Assembly: GCA_963717935.1 (NCBI GenBank)
Contig: CAVQXP010000002.1
Location: 128,001 to 192,000 of the forward strand
Direction: 5' to 3'
Length of the DNA: 64,000 nt
From: Candidatus Eiseniibacteriota bacterium
GTDB lineage: Bacteria > Eisenbacteria > RBG-16-71-46
This document shows positions 51,574-60,897 of this stretch, piece by piece (within the stretch, counting starts at the first letter, position 1; each line of letters starts with the position of its first letter). Both the position numbers and the translations under genes were made by a program. The notes beneath the pieces were generated by a model. That model did not search any database. It had not been told where the DNA came from and saw only the letters and a program-made list of their open reading frames with translations.

Positions 51574-52910
51574 GGGCGGCCCTGCGCGCGGCCACCGCCG
51601 GACTGTTGCTGGCGTCCCTCGCGGCGTCGTGCGCCCAGCTGCCACCGCCCCGTCCGGCGCCGCCGCCGCCGGCGGCGATGCCGGGGGAAAAGCCGGCGCC
51701 GCCCGTGGCGCAGGCGCCCGGGCCGCCGCCGCAGCAGCAACAGCCCCCGGGAGAGCCCACCATCTGCGTGGGACTGGCGTGGGATCTGGACAGCCTGCTG
51801 ATCGACGGGGAAGCACTGGGCCTCGGTGCTCCCGGCGTGACCGACCTCCAGGGCATCCCGAGTCCGATCAAGGTGGGCGCCGCCGCGGCCGGCATGCGGT
51901 TCGGAAGGGGGACGGACCCGGTGTCGCTGCTGCCCATCGCGCTCTCGGACACGCTCTGGGTGGCGGCGCGGAGCGGCCCGCTGCGCTGGAACGGGAAGTC
52001 CTGGCGCGGCACCTTCAAGATCTTCCTCAACCCCCGCGGCAGGCTCACGCTCGCGAATCACCTCCCCCTCGAGACCTACCTGCTGGGCGTCGTGCCGGGA
52101 GAGATCGGCGGACTCTCGGAGGCCCTGATCGAGGCCGGGCGCGCGCAGGCCATCGCGGCACGCTCCTACACGCTCTTCTACCGCGGGCGCCGCGCGAGCG
52201 AGGGTTTCGATCTCTACGGCACGGTCGAGGACCAGGTCTACGGCCCGGTCGAAAGCGAGCGCCCGCTGGCGACCCGGTGCGTCGAGCAGACGCGCGGCAA
52301 GGTGGCGCTCTACGACGGCGAGCCGATCCGCGCCAACTACTGTTCCACCTGCGGCGGCGTCAGCGCCGAGGTCTGGGAGGCGTGGCCCGCGGCGGCGCTG
52401 CCCTACCTCGAGAGCCGGCGCGACGGCAGGCGCGGCAGGGAATCCTGCGAGTCGTCGCCGCAGTACCGCTGGCGCGAGCGCTGGAGCGAAGAGGAGTTCC
52501 TCGGCAACCTCGAGCGCTTCGGCCCGGCGCTGAAGCTCCGGCTGCCGCCCGGCGGGCTCGGCGACCTGGTGGACGTGCGGGTCGACGCGCGCTCGCGTTC
52601 AGGCCGGGTCTGGCGGCTGCTCGTGCGGACCACGGCCGGCGACGTGGCGATCCCCGCCTACGCGATCCGGGGAGTCCTGCGGCGTGGCGGGAACCCGGGC
52701 GCCATCCTGCGCTCCACCCTCTTCAAGATCGACGTACGGCGCCACCGGGTCACGGGGCGGGCGATGGAGGTCCTGGCGAGCGGTGCCGGTTCGGGCCACG
52801 GTGTGGGTCTGTGCCAGACGGGCGCGCTGGGGATGGCCCGCGCGGGCGCGAAGGCCGAGGCGATCCTGGAGCACTACTACCCGCACATCGTGCTTGAGCG
52901 GCTCTACTGA
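51570..52910 (+). CDS. SpoIID/LytB-family lytic transglycosylase lipoprotein
   Basis: Lipobox LAASC, YLLGVVPGE, AQAIAARSY, DQVY, GSGHGVGLCQTGA, ILEHYY. Confidence 0.92.
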   Translation: MRAALRAATAGLLLASLAASCAQLPPPRPAPPPPAAMPGEKPAPPVAQAPGPPPQQQQPPGEPTICVGLAWDLDSLLIDGEALGLGAPGVTDLQGIPSPIKVGAAAAGMRFGRGTDPVSLLPIALSDTLWVAARSGPLRWNGKSWRGTFKIFLNPRGRLTLANHLPLETYLLGVVPGEIGGLSEALIEAGRAQAIAARSYTLFYRGRRASEGFDLYGTVEDQVYGPVESERPLATRCVEQTRGKVALYDGEPIRANYCSTCGGVSAEVWEAWPAAALPYLESRRDGRRGRESCESSPQYRWRERWSEEEFLGNLERFGPALKLRLPPGGLGDLVDVRVDARSRSGRVWRLLVRTTAGDVAIPAYAIRGVLRRGGNPGAILRSTLFKIDVRRHRVTGRAMEVLASGAGSGHGVGLCQTGALGMARAGAKAEAILEHYYPHIVLERLY

Positions 52911-52981
52911 CCGTCGCGGCCGCGCGGTGGTCCTGGTTCACGGTGCCGGAGCCGCTCCCATGAGCTCTGCAGCCCCGGGGA

Positions 52982-53010
52982 TTGACACTGTGGCACGCCG
53001 CGGGTAATGT
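52982..53010 (+). promoter_or_regulatory. Sigma70 promoter of tRNA-Asp
   Basis: TTGACA-N17-TAATGT. Confidence 0.75.
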
Positions 53011-53048
53011 CCCCCGGCTCAAGGGCACACAAGCGGCCCTTTTCCCGC

Positions 53049-53125
53049 GGGGTTGTAGTTCAGTTGGTTAGAACGCCTGCCTGTCACGCAGGAGGTCGCG
53101 GGTTCGAGTCCCGTCAACCCCGCCA
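53049..53125 (+). tRNA. tRNA-Asp (GTC)
   Basis: 77 nt; acceptor stem GGGGTTG/CAACCCC, anticodon arm CCTGC-CTGTCAC-GCAGG, T loop GGTTCGAGTCC, encoded CCA. Confidence 0.97.
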
Positions 53126-53159
53126 TTCACAGAAGACTTCGGGCCAAGCAAGTACATGT

Positions 53160-53189
53160 CGCCCCCGTGGGTTACGACCCCCGGGGGCG
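53160..53189 (+). terminator. GC-rich hairpin after tRNA-Asp
   Basis: CGCCCCCG..CGGGGGCG stem followed by a weak T tract (TTCGT). Confidence 0.45.
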
Positions 53190-53342
53190 TTCGTGCGTCC
53201 GGGCCGGTTTGGGAGCATTGAGGAGCGGTTGGGCAGGGAAGGGTGAACCGCGTGGTGGTAGGGTCACCTACGTCCACGACCTCGGACTGGCTTGCGGTGC
53301 CGAGCGGACCCGTATTGTGGAGCAATCACCTTTGGAGAACCA

Positions 53343-53372
53343 ACACGTGCAGGTACGACACGTGCAGGTACG
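53343..53372. repeat. Perfect 15-bp tandem duplication
   Basis: ACACGTGCAGGTACG x2. Confidence 0.9.
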
Positions 53373-53507
53373 AGATCGACCGTCGCCGACTACAAGCGTC
53401 GCCGTGTATTGCAGGAGCGCCGCTGCTGCCATCGGAGTGTGGGCTCTGCGTTTCGCATGCTTCCAACGCTCAGCCTGTTGGAGTGTCCCCATTCTTCGGG
53501 CCACCGG

Positions 53508-54443
53508 TCATGACAGGGTTCCCGGCGTGATGGGGTGAACTTCGACCGGTTCGTCTTCGACCGCGGCTTCCAAGGTTGCCCCAGGATCCGAGATCTCGAT
53601 CGCCCGCGACTCAGACTTCAGGGCTGCGCGGGCCTCGGCGCCGACCTCGGCCGGCGTTCGATAGCCCAGGCTGCTGTGCGGCCGCTGCGTATTGTACTCC
53701 CACCGCCACTGCTCGATCAGGATGCGTCCCTCGCGCAGATGCGCGAACTCCTCGGCATCGAGGCACTCGCGCCGGAACGTCCCGTTGAAGCTCTCGACGC
53801 TGCCGTTCTGCCACGGCTTGCCCGGGTCGATCGTCGCCGTCTCGCTGTGGTGGAACAACGCCCAGATCCGCAGCGCCCGGGCGATGAACTCGGGTCCGTT
53901 GTCACTGCGCAGGACCTGCGGCGCTCCGTACTGCACGAACAACCGCTCGAGCACCGCGATCACCCGTTCCGCCGTGAGCGACGAGCCCACCTCGATCGCA
54001 TGGCACTCCCGGGTCCACTCGTCCACCACGGTCAGCGCCTTCAACGTCTGCCCGTTTGCACAGGTGTCGTGCACAAAGTCGTAGGCCCAGACCTGGTTCG
54101 CTCCGGTCGGCGCGAGGACACGCGGCTGGCCAGTGCGGATCTTCCGACGTCGCTTCTTGCGCACGTGCAGTCCCAGCACCCGCCAGACCCGGCGCACCCG
54201 CTTCTTGTTCACCGGCGTGCCCGCCCGGCGCAGCAGTGCCCAGGCAAACCGGTGGCCATAGGCCGCATGGGCCGCCGAAATCTGCTCCAGCTTCCCCGCC
54301 AGCTCGGCATCCCGGGCCAGCAGCGTGCTGACGTAGCCCAGGGCCGACCGACTCACTTGCAGCAGCGCACAGGCGCGGCGGACTGATCGCCCTCGTCCCA
54401 CGGCGTAGTCCACCTGTTCGCGGCGAGCCCGTGCGCTCACCAT
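53508..54443 (-). CDS. IS3 OrfB DDE transposase
   Basis: WAYDF, VVDEWTRE, RSDNGPEF, PGKPWQNGSVESFNG, YNTQRPHSSLGY. Confidence 0.93.
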   Translation of the reverse strand: MVSARARREQVDYAVGRGRSVRRACALLQVSRSALGYVSTLLARDAELAGKLEQISAAHAAYGHRFAWALLRRAGTPVNKKRVRRVWRVLGLHVRKKRRRKIRTGQPRVLAPTGANQVWAYDFVHDTCANGQTLKALTVVDEWTRECHAIEVGSSLTAERVIAVLERLFVQYGAPQVLRSDNGPEFIARALRIWALFHHSETATIDPGKPWQNGSVESFNGTFRRECLDAEEFAHLREGRILIEQWRWEYNTQRPHSSLGYRTPAEVGAEARAALKSESRAIEISDPGATLEAAVEDEPVEVHPITPGTLS

Positions 54444-54706
54444 TTTCGGGAGTTGATCTCCTTGAGGATCTCGATATCCAGGTCGCGCTCGGCCACCAGC
54501 TTCTTCAATCGGGCGTTCTCGTGCTGCAGCCGCCGCAGCTCGGCCGCCTGGCTAGCATCGAGCCCGCTGAAGCGCTTGCGCCACCGGAACAGCGTGGTCT
54601 CGGTGATGCCGTGCTTCTTCGCCACCTGGCCGACCGTCACGTCCTCGCGTTCACTCTCACGCACGATGGCGACGATCTGGGCTTCCGTGAACCGGCTCTT
54701 GCGCAT
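54437..54706 (-). CDS. IS3 OrfA
   Basis: MRKSRFTEAQI..HGITETTLFRWRKRF..ENARLKKLVAE; overlaps orfB at CGAAAATGGTGA. Confidence 0.92.
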   Translation of the reverse strand: MRKSRFTEAQIVAIVRESEREDVTVGQVAKKHGITETTLFRWRKRFSGLDASQAAELRRLQHENARLKKLVAERDLDIEILKEINSRKW

Positions 54707-54772
54707 GCAGGATCCTCCGGGGACCGGGGCATCCTGCCATAATCCGTGGCCTCAGGAACGGGGGACACTCCA

Positions 54773-55104
54773 GGCTATGCACAACAGACGACGTAACCGG
54801 CGATGGCATCGGCCCGGTGACCGTGACTGTGCCACCACGCGATCTGGCGCTGGGACTCGTCATCAGCCCCAATCCGGCGTCGGGACCTGTCACACTGGCG
54901 CTTGCAGCACCATCGAGAGACCCGGTGGTAGTCGAGTGTGTTGACGTTGCGGGAAGGCAGGTATTGTCCCGGCGGGTCGAGGGCGGAGCCTACGGTAACC
55001 GTTTGATCCTGACCGAGCTGGACCAGGTGCCTGGCGGCGTCTACGTCGTGATGGCCACGCAGGGGGCTGATAGGGTCGTCCGGCGAATCGTGGTATTGCG
55101 TTGA
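54773..55104 (+). pseudogene. 3' remnant of a secreted protein with a T9SS/FlgD-like sorting tail, cut by IS3
   Basis: Frame open back to the IS end; ISPNPASG..DVAGRQV..PGGVYVV..RRIVVLR. Confidence 0.7.
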
Positions 55105-55106
55105 GG

Positions 55107-55241
55107 AACCAACGTGCGGCCATGGCCTTCATCGACCACGTGATCGAGCAGCCCCCCTTCCGCGTGCGGTAGATCCGGACCGATCGCGGGCATGAGTTCC
55201 AAGCCCAATTCCACTGGCACGTCGAGGATCTCGGGGTCCGT
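55107..55241 (+). pseudogene. IS481-family transposase fragment with internal stop
   Basis: NQRAAMAFIDHVIEQPPFRVR*IRTDRGHEFQAQFHWHVEDLGVR. Confidence 0.75.
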
Positions 55242-55438
55242 CCTCACCGGCCGGCTCCTGCCGGCCGTTTTCGCGTGCCCGGCACGCCCTCCCCACGTCC
55301 TGCCTTCTCCCGGCCGCCCCGCGAAGCCGCGGCGTGCCCGCCTTGCCGGCCTGCCGCGCGGGATCCCTTCCCGGAAGCCGGTGGGCGGTCCGTCCCAAAC
55401 CCGTCCTGGGGTTGCCTTTGGCGCGCTCCGTTTTCCCA

Positions 55439-55466
55439 TTGACGGGGGGGGCGCGCTCCGTATACT
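55439..55466 (+). promoter_or_regulatory. Near-consensus sigma70 promoter
   Basis: TTGACG-N16-TATACT (spacer contains a G homopolymer). Confidence 0.65.
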
Positions 55467-55587
55467 GCCGGTGCCTTTTCGCCTGGGCGCGGATTCGCGG
55501 GTGTGCCCGGGCATCCGATGCGCGTCACCAGGCTGGAGCGACGTCAACGGCGCGCGGGTCACGCCAGGGCACATGCCTGAGGGAGTC

Positions 55588-55818
55588 ATGATCAAGAAGA
55601 AGGGGATCCCCGACGACGATTTCGGTCCGATCCCGGACGACGAAGCCGACAAGTACGATGAGGACGAGGAACTCTTCGACAACGACCTCGACGACGACGA
55701 CCTCGACGACGACGACGAGGACGACGACGACGACTTCGATGACGAGTTCGAAGAGGAGGAGTACGACGACGACGAGGACGACCTCGAGGACATGGACGGG
55801 GGGGACAAGGAGCGGTAG
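55588..55818 (+). CDS. Small polyacidic protein (76 aa; 33 Asp, 13 Glu)
   Basis: GGGAG RBS, ATG, MIKKKGIPDDDF..; upstream promoter; palindrome GGTCCCCGGGGACC at 55827-55840. Confidence 0.8.
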   Translation: MIKKKGIPDDDFGPIPDDEADKYDEDEELFDNDLDDDDLDDDDEDDDDDFDDEFEEEEYDDDEDDLEDMDGGDKER

Positions 55819-55992
55819 CGAGAAGGGGTCCCCGGGGACCTGAGCGGCGCACGCCGGCTCGCCCGGGCCGGGCGCTGGCGTGTCGCGCGTCCCACCATGC
55901 CGCGGTTCACCTGGAGGGACGATCCCATCATCACGGGCCCTGATCCGGCGTCCGGCCGGTCAGGGCCCTACGTGTCTGCGAGGGGGGGCTGC

Positions 55993-56897
55993 ATGGAACA
56001 TCCCGACTGGCCGACCGGCCTGCCGCTGAACTTCGGCGGGCTCGGCGAGGAGTTCGCGTCGCTCGATCGGGCGCGGGCCATCGTGCTGCCCGTGCCGTAC
56101 GACTTCAGCACGACCTACCAGGGCGGCACGCGCTGGGGCCCGCGCTCCATCCTCTCCGCCTCGCAGAACATGGAGCTCTGGGACGACGAGCTGGGTGCGA
56201 CCTACCGGTCGGGGATCCACACGCTCCCCGAGGTCGAGCCCACCGCGCTGGGCCCGGAGGCCATGGCCGCGCGCGTCGAGCGGGCCGTGGGCTGGATCCT
56301 CGACCAGGCGCGCCTGCCGGCCGTCCTGGGGGTGAGCACAGCATCACCGCGGGCGCGGTGCGGGCCGCCGCGCAGCGCTTCGGCGGCCTCTCGGTGCTGC
56401 AGTTCGACGCGCACGCCGACATGCGCGACTCCTATCTCGACTCGCCGTACAGCCACGCCTGCGTGATGCGTCGCGTGCGCGAGCGCGTCCCGGCCGCGTC
56501 GGTCGGCATCCGCTCCTGCAGCGAGGAGGAGGCCGCCCTGCTGCGCGAACACCCGGTGCCGATCTGGAGCCCGCGCGCCTTCCGGGCGCTGGGAGGTGAC
56601 TGGGAGCCCATCCTCTCCGCGCTGACCGACACGGTCTACGTGACCTTCGACCTCGACGCCCTCGACCCCTCGGTGCTGCCCGGGACCGGCACGCCCGAGC
56701 CCGGTGGCCTCGACTGGTACGAGGCCGTGGACCTCCTGCGCGCCGTGGCCGCCCGCTCCCGCATCGTGGGCTTCGACATCGTGGAACTGGCGCCCATCCC
56801 GGGGCAGGTCGCCTCGGACTTCCTGGCCGCGCGTCTCGCCTACCGGCTCATCGGTCTCGCGCTCGCGAGCCCGGGCGCCGGCGGGCCGAAGACGTAG
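55993..56897 (+). CDS. speB: Agmatinase (one base missing in the G run at 56328-56332)
   Basis: PVPYDFSTTY..GTRWGP, (G)GEHSIT, FDAHAD, TFDLDALDPS..GTGTPEPGG. Confidence 0.9.
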
Positions 56898-56912
56898 CAT
56901 CGGAGATCCTTC

Positions 56913-58098
56913 ATGACCACTGCGACGAAGCGCCTCGTGCTGCGCAAGAACCAGGACCGCCGCGTGCGCGGAGGGCATCCCTGGATCTTCAGCAACGAGG
57001 TGGCCACGCTCGAGGGCGCGCCCGCGCCCGGAGACCTGGTCGAGGTGGCCGATGTCCGTGGCGCCTTCCTGGGCCGCGCCTACTACAACCCGCAGAGCCT
57101 GATCTGCGCGCGGGTCGTCACGCGCAAGCGCGACGAGGTGGACGCGGATCTCTTCGTGAAGCGCATGGAGCGGGCGGTGCGGCTGCGCGAGGCCGCGCTG
57201 CCGGGCGAGCGCGCACTGCGCGTCGTCTACGGCGAGTCCGACTTCCTCCCCGGCCTGGTCGTGGACCGCTATGGCGACCATCTCGCCGTGCAGGTGCTCA
57301 CGCTCGGCATGGAGGTCAGGCAGGACCTGGTGCGCGAGGCGCTCGAGCGCGTGTTCGCGCCGCGCGGGGTCGTGCGCGTGGCCGATTCGCCGCTGCGCAC
57401 GCTCGAGGGCCTGCCGCTCGAGCGGGGCGTCTGGTGGGGCGACGTGCCGGAACGCGTCGAGGTCGAGTTCGAGGGCTTCCAGCTCGAGGCCGACCTGCTG
57501 CACGGGCAGAAGACCGGGCTCTTCCTCGACCAGCGGCTGAACCGGCGCGTCGCCGAGCCGCGTGCCGCCGGCAAGCGGGTGCTCGACCTCTTCTGCTACC
57601 AGGGCGAGTGGGCGATGCACGCCGCGCGCGGGGGGGCGAGTCTCGGTGCTGGCGGTGGATTCCTCGGAGCCGGCGCTCGCCGCCGCCGCGCGCAACCTCG
57701 AGCGCAACGGCCTCGTGGACCGCGTGGGCCTGAGGCGTGGGGACGTCTTCGACGTGCTGCGCCAGCTCGAGCGGGCGGGGGAGCGCTTCGGGCTCGTGAT
57801 CCTCGACCCACCCGCGCTGGTCAAGTCGCGCAAGCACCTGGCGGCCGGCGCCCGCGCCTACCGCGAGCTGAACCGCGCGGCGATGGCGGTGCTCGAGGAG
57901 GAGGGCGTGCTCATGACCTGCTCGTGCAGCCACCACCTCGACGACGCGCTCTTCCACCAGGTGCTGCTCGAGTCGGCCCGCGCCGCGCACCGGCCGTTCC
58001 GCGTCGTGGAGTGGCGCGCGGAGTCGCCCGACCACCCGCAACTCCTCGCCGTGCCCGAGACGCACTACCTGAAGTGCGCGGTGCTGCAGGCGGTGTAG
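56913..58098 (+). CDS. rlmI: RlmI-like rRNA m5C methyltransferase (frameshift near 57630-57642)
   Basis: PUA domain GHPWIFSNE, ESDFLPGLVVDRY, GQKTGLFLDQR, VILDPPA, TCSCS, YLKC. Confidence 0.88.
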
Positions 58099-58116
58099 GC
58101 GGCTGGGAGCGCCTGC

Positions 58117-58404
58117 CTACTCCGGCTTCTCGCCCGCCTTCTTCACCTCGTCCAGGTAGTTCATCCGCAGCTCGGTCAGGACCTGCTGGAGCACGCGCGC
58201 CTCGTCGGGCTCGAGGTTGCCGCGGGTGCGCGTCTCGAGGGCGGCCAGCGTGTCGATGGTGTCGCGCGCGGCCTCGAGGTTCTTGTCGATCTGGCGGGTG
58301 AGCGGGTTCATGAGCTTGCCGAGCGCCATCATGCCGCTCTGCTGCAGCCCCAGCAGGAGCTGCAGGAACAGCGCGGCCTGGCGCGAGGGGTTCGTCTCGG
58401 TCAT
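58117..58404 (-). CDS. DUF1844-like protein
   Basis: ALGKLMNP..LEAARDTIDTLAALETRTRGNL..LTELRMNY. Confidence 0.75.
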   Translation of the reverse strand: MTETNPSRQAALFLQLLLGLQQSGMMALGKLMNPLTRQIDKNLEAARDTIDTLAALETRTRGNLEPDEARVLQQVLTELRMNYLDEVKKAGEKPE

Positions 58405-59237
58405 CGGATCTCTCCTCCGGTCTGCGGTGGCGGGGCCAGGGCCTTGGCCTCCTCCCAGAGCGCGTCCAGTTCCTCGAGCGTGGCCTCGCCCGGACGGCGG
58501 CCCTGGGCGGCCAGCCGGCGTTCGATGTGCTGGAAGCGCTCGCGGAAACGGTGCGTGGCGGCGCGCAGCTCGCGCTCGGGGTCGATGGTGAGATGTCGCG
58601 CCAGGTTCACGACGGCGAACAGCAGGTCGCCGACCTCGCGCGCGAGCGCGGGGTCGGTGTCGCGGCCGAGCTCCTGCTCGAGCTCGCCCAGCTCCTCGTG
58701 GACTTTCGCGAGCGGCCCCGAAGAGTCGGGCCAGTCGAAGCCGACCGCCCCGGCCTTCTCCTGGATCCGGTAGGCGGCGACCAGCGCGGGCAGGCCCTTG
58801 GGCTGCTCGCCCAGCAGCGAGGCCTGGCCGTCCGCGCCGGTCTTCTCGCCCTTCTTGATCTCCTGCCACTGGCGGTAGGCGGCCTCGCCGTCCTTGACCG
58901 CCTCGCCGCCGTAGACGTGCGGGTGCCGGCGGATGAGCTTCGCGGCGGCACGCTCGAAGCCCTCGGCGATCCCGGGCCCGCCCTTCTCGCCGCTCAGTTC
59001 CAGGCAGAACAGGGCAAGGAAGCCGAGGTCGCCCAACTCCTCGACGGTGTGGTCCACGTCGCCCGAGCCGATGGCCTCGCCCGACTCGACGGCCTCCTCG
59101 ACCAGGTAGGGCGTCATGCTCTCGAGGGTCTGCTCGCGGTCCCAGGGGCAGCCCTCGGGGCCACGCAGCCTGCGGCAGACCGCGACCAGATCGGAAAAGG
59201 CCTTCCGCTCGCGCTCGGTGGCTCCAGGATCGCTCAT
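58401..59237 (-). CDS. mazG: Nucleoside triphosphate pyrophosphohydrolase
   Basis: LRGPEGCPWDREQT, EELGD, RRHPHV, GFDW, EVGDLLF. Confidence 0.93.
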   Translation of the reverse strand: MSDPGATERERKAFSDLVAVCRRLRGPEGCPWDREQTLESMTPYLVEEAVESGEAIGSGDVDHTVEELGDLGFLALFCLELSGEKGGPGIAEGFERAAAKLIRRHPHVYGGEAVKDGEAAYRQWQEIKKGEKTGADGQASLLGEQPKGLPALVAAYRIQEKAGAVGFDWPDSSGPLAKVHEELGELEQELGRDTDPALAREVGDLLFAVVNLARHLTIDPERELRAATHRFRERFQHIERRLAAQGRRPGEATLEELDALWEEAKALAPPPQTGGEIR

Positions 59238-59414
59238 GCCTGCAGCATAACGGAGGGCTGCGCGAGCATCCAACGAACAGCCGGTGGGGCTTGGCACCGC
59301 AATGAGCCGCGCGAGGTCCGGGACCGGGAGCCATGCAGCGAACGCCCGCGGGTCGGCCATCCCGCAGGATGCGGGAAGGCCGACATGCGGTAGGCGCCCG
59401 GCGGCGACAGGATG

Positions 59415-59533
59415 TCGCCGCCAGCCGTGTTCGCGGAATGCCGCCCGGTCCCGGACCCCGCCCCCGAGAAAGCTCGCCGCCAGCCGTGTTCGCGGAATGG
59501 CGCCCGGCCCCGGACCCCGCCCCCCGAGAAGGC
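59415..59533. repeat. Tandem duplication of about 59 bp in the mazG-alr intergenic region
   Basis: TCGCCGCCAGCCGTGTTCGCGGAATG..CCGGACCCCGCCCCCGAGAA at 59415 and 59474, with few mismatches. Confidence 0.9.
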
Positions 59534-59616
59534 GCGCCTTCGTTTGCGCGTCCGCAGACGGCTCCCTATGCTACGTAACTTCTCCGGCGCATCTACGCCT
59601 TTCGCGGGGGATTCGC

Positions 59617-60894
59617 ATGGGCATGCCCGTCTCGACCTGGGTCGAGGTGGACCTCGACCGCTTCTCGGCCAACCTGCGCGCCGTGCGCGCGCTGGTGGGC
59701 CTGGACGCGCCCGGCGGGGGCGACGCAGCGGGCCCCGTGGCGGATCCGGCGCGCGGCCTCCTGCTCGTGGTGAAGGCGGACGCCTACGGCCACGGCGCGG
59801 TCGAGATGGCCGAGGCGGCCGAGGCCGAAGGTGTGGCGTGCCTCGGGGTCGCCACGCTCCACGAGGGCATCCAGCTGCGCCAGGCGGGCTGCCGGCTGCC
59901 CATCGTGGCGCTCTCGCCGCTCCTGCCGAGCGAGATCAGCGAGGCGGTGGCGCACGGGCTCGACCCCACGGTGTGCGACCTGGGCTTCGCCCGCGAGCTG
60001 TCGGCCGAGGCGGTGCGCACGGGTCGCGCGGTGCGCTGCCACGTCGAGGTGGACACGGGCATGGGACGCACGGGCGTGGGCGAGCGCGAGGCGGAGGGCT
60101 TCCTCGGCACGCTCGCCGCGTTGCCGGGGCTGAGGCTCGCGAGCCTGTTCACCCACTTCCCCGACGCGGATGCGGAGGACCTCTCCTTCGCCGAGGACCA
60201 GGTGCGCCGCTTCCGCGCGCTGGCCGCGCGGTTGGCGGCCCGCGGCCTCGAAGCGCCGCGGCTCCACGCGGCCAACAGCGCCGGCACCGTCAACCTGCCC
60301 GATGCGCGCTTCGACTGGGTGCGCGTCGGACTGCTCGCCTACGGCCACCGCCCGCCGCACGCACGCGCAAGACTCGACCTGGGCCCCGTGATGTCGTTCA
60401 AGAGCCGGCTCGTCCAGGTCCGCGACCTACCCGCGGGCGTGCCCATCAGCTACGGCCGCTCCTACGTCACCGAGCGCCCGATGCGCGTGGGCGTGGTGGC
60501 CGTGGGCTACGGGCACGGCTACTCCTGGTTGCTCTCGAACCGCGGTCAGATGCTGGTGCGGGGGCGGCGCGTGCCGATCGTGGGGCGCGTGACGATGGAC
60601 CTCACGATGGTGGACCTCACGCCGGTCCCCGAGGCGGGCGTGGGCGACGACGTCGTCCTCTTCGGGGACCAGGACGGGGCGTCGTTGCCGCTCGAGGAGG
60701 TCGCCGAGGGGAGCCGCACGCTCTCCTACGAGATCATGTGCACGATCGGCAAGCGGGTGACGCGCATCTACGTGCGCGGCGGCCGGCCGGTGAAGCTCAC
60801 CTCGCTGGTGGGCGAGCGCGCCGAGTGGGTGGCGCAGGCCGCGGACCATTTCCGCATGCGGGCCGAGGCCGTGATCGCGGCGAAGCGGGGCTAG
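59617..60894 (+). CDS. alr: Alanine racemase
   Basis: VVKADAYGHG, VDTGMGRTG, HAANSAG, SYG, GRVTMD. Confidence 0.95.
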   Translation: MGMPVSTWVEVDLDRFSANLRAVRALVGLDAPGGGDAAGPVADPARGLLLVVKADAYGHGAVEMAEAAEAEGVACLGVATLHEGIQLRQAGCRLPIVALSPLLPSEISEAVAHGLDPTVCDLGFARELSAEAVRTGRAVRCHVEVDTGMGRTGVGEREAEGFLGTLAALPGLRLASLFTHFPDADAEDLSFAEDQVRRFRALAARLAARGLEAPRLHAANSAGTVNLPDARFDWVRVGLLAYGHRPPHARARLDLGPVMSFKSRLVQVRDLPAGVPISYGRSYVTERPMRVGVVAVGYGHGYSWLLSNRGQMLVRGRRVPIVGRVTMDLTMVDLTPVPEAGVGDDVVLFGDQDGASLPLEEVAEGSRTLSYEIMCTIGKRVTRIYVRGGRPVKLTSLVGERAEWVAQAADHFRMRAEAVIAAKRG

Positions 60895-60897
60895 GGC

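Larger units (their letters stand above)
53479..54772 (-). mobile_element. Complete IS3-family element (IS407-like), 1294 bp
   Basis: Imperfect terminal inverted repeats of about 48 bp starting TGGAGTGTCCCC; orfA and orfB; no target-site duplication visible. Confidence 0.92.

Noticed and set aside
53126..55440. Integrated prophage or ICE at tRNA-Asp
   Set aside because: No integrase, no duplicated tRNA 3' end and no phage or conjugation genes seen
55192..55587. 208-aa long version of the acidic ORF
   Set aside because: The extension runs through an IS scrap and the promoter; the RBS supports ATG 55588
56328..56332. Antizyme-like polyamine-regulated frameshift in agmatinase
   Set aside because: The shift is in a plain G run with no adjacent stop or evident stimulator, and four similar indels occur in unrelated genes; sequencing error is more parsimonious
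59415..59533. CRISPR array
   Set aside because: Only two abutting units, no spacers and no cas genes; the 15-bp repeat at 53343 fails for the same reasons
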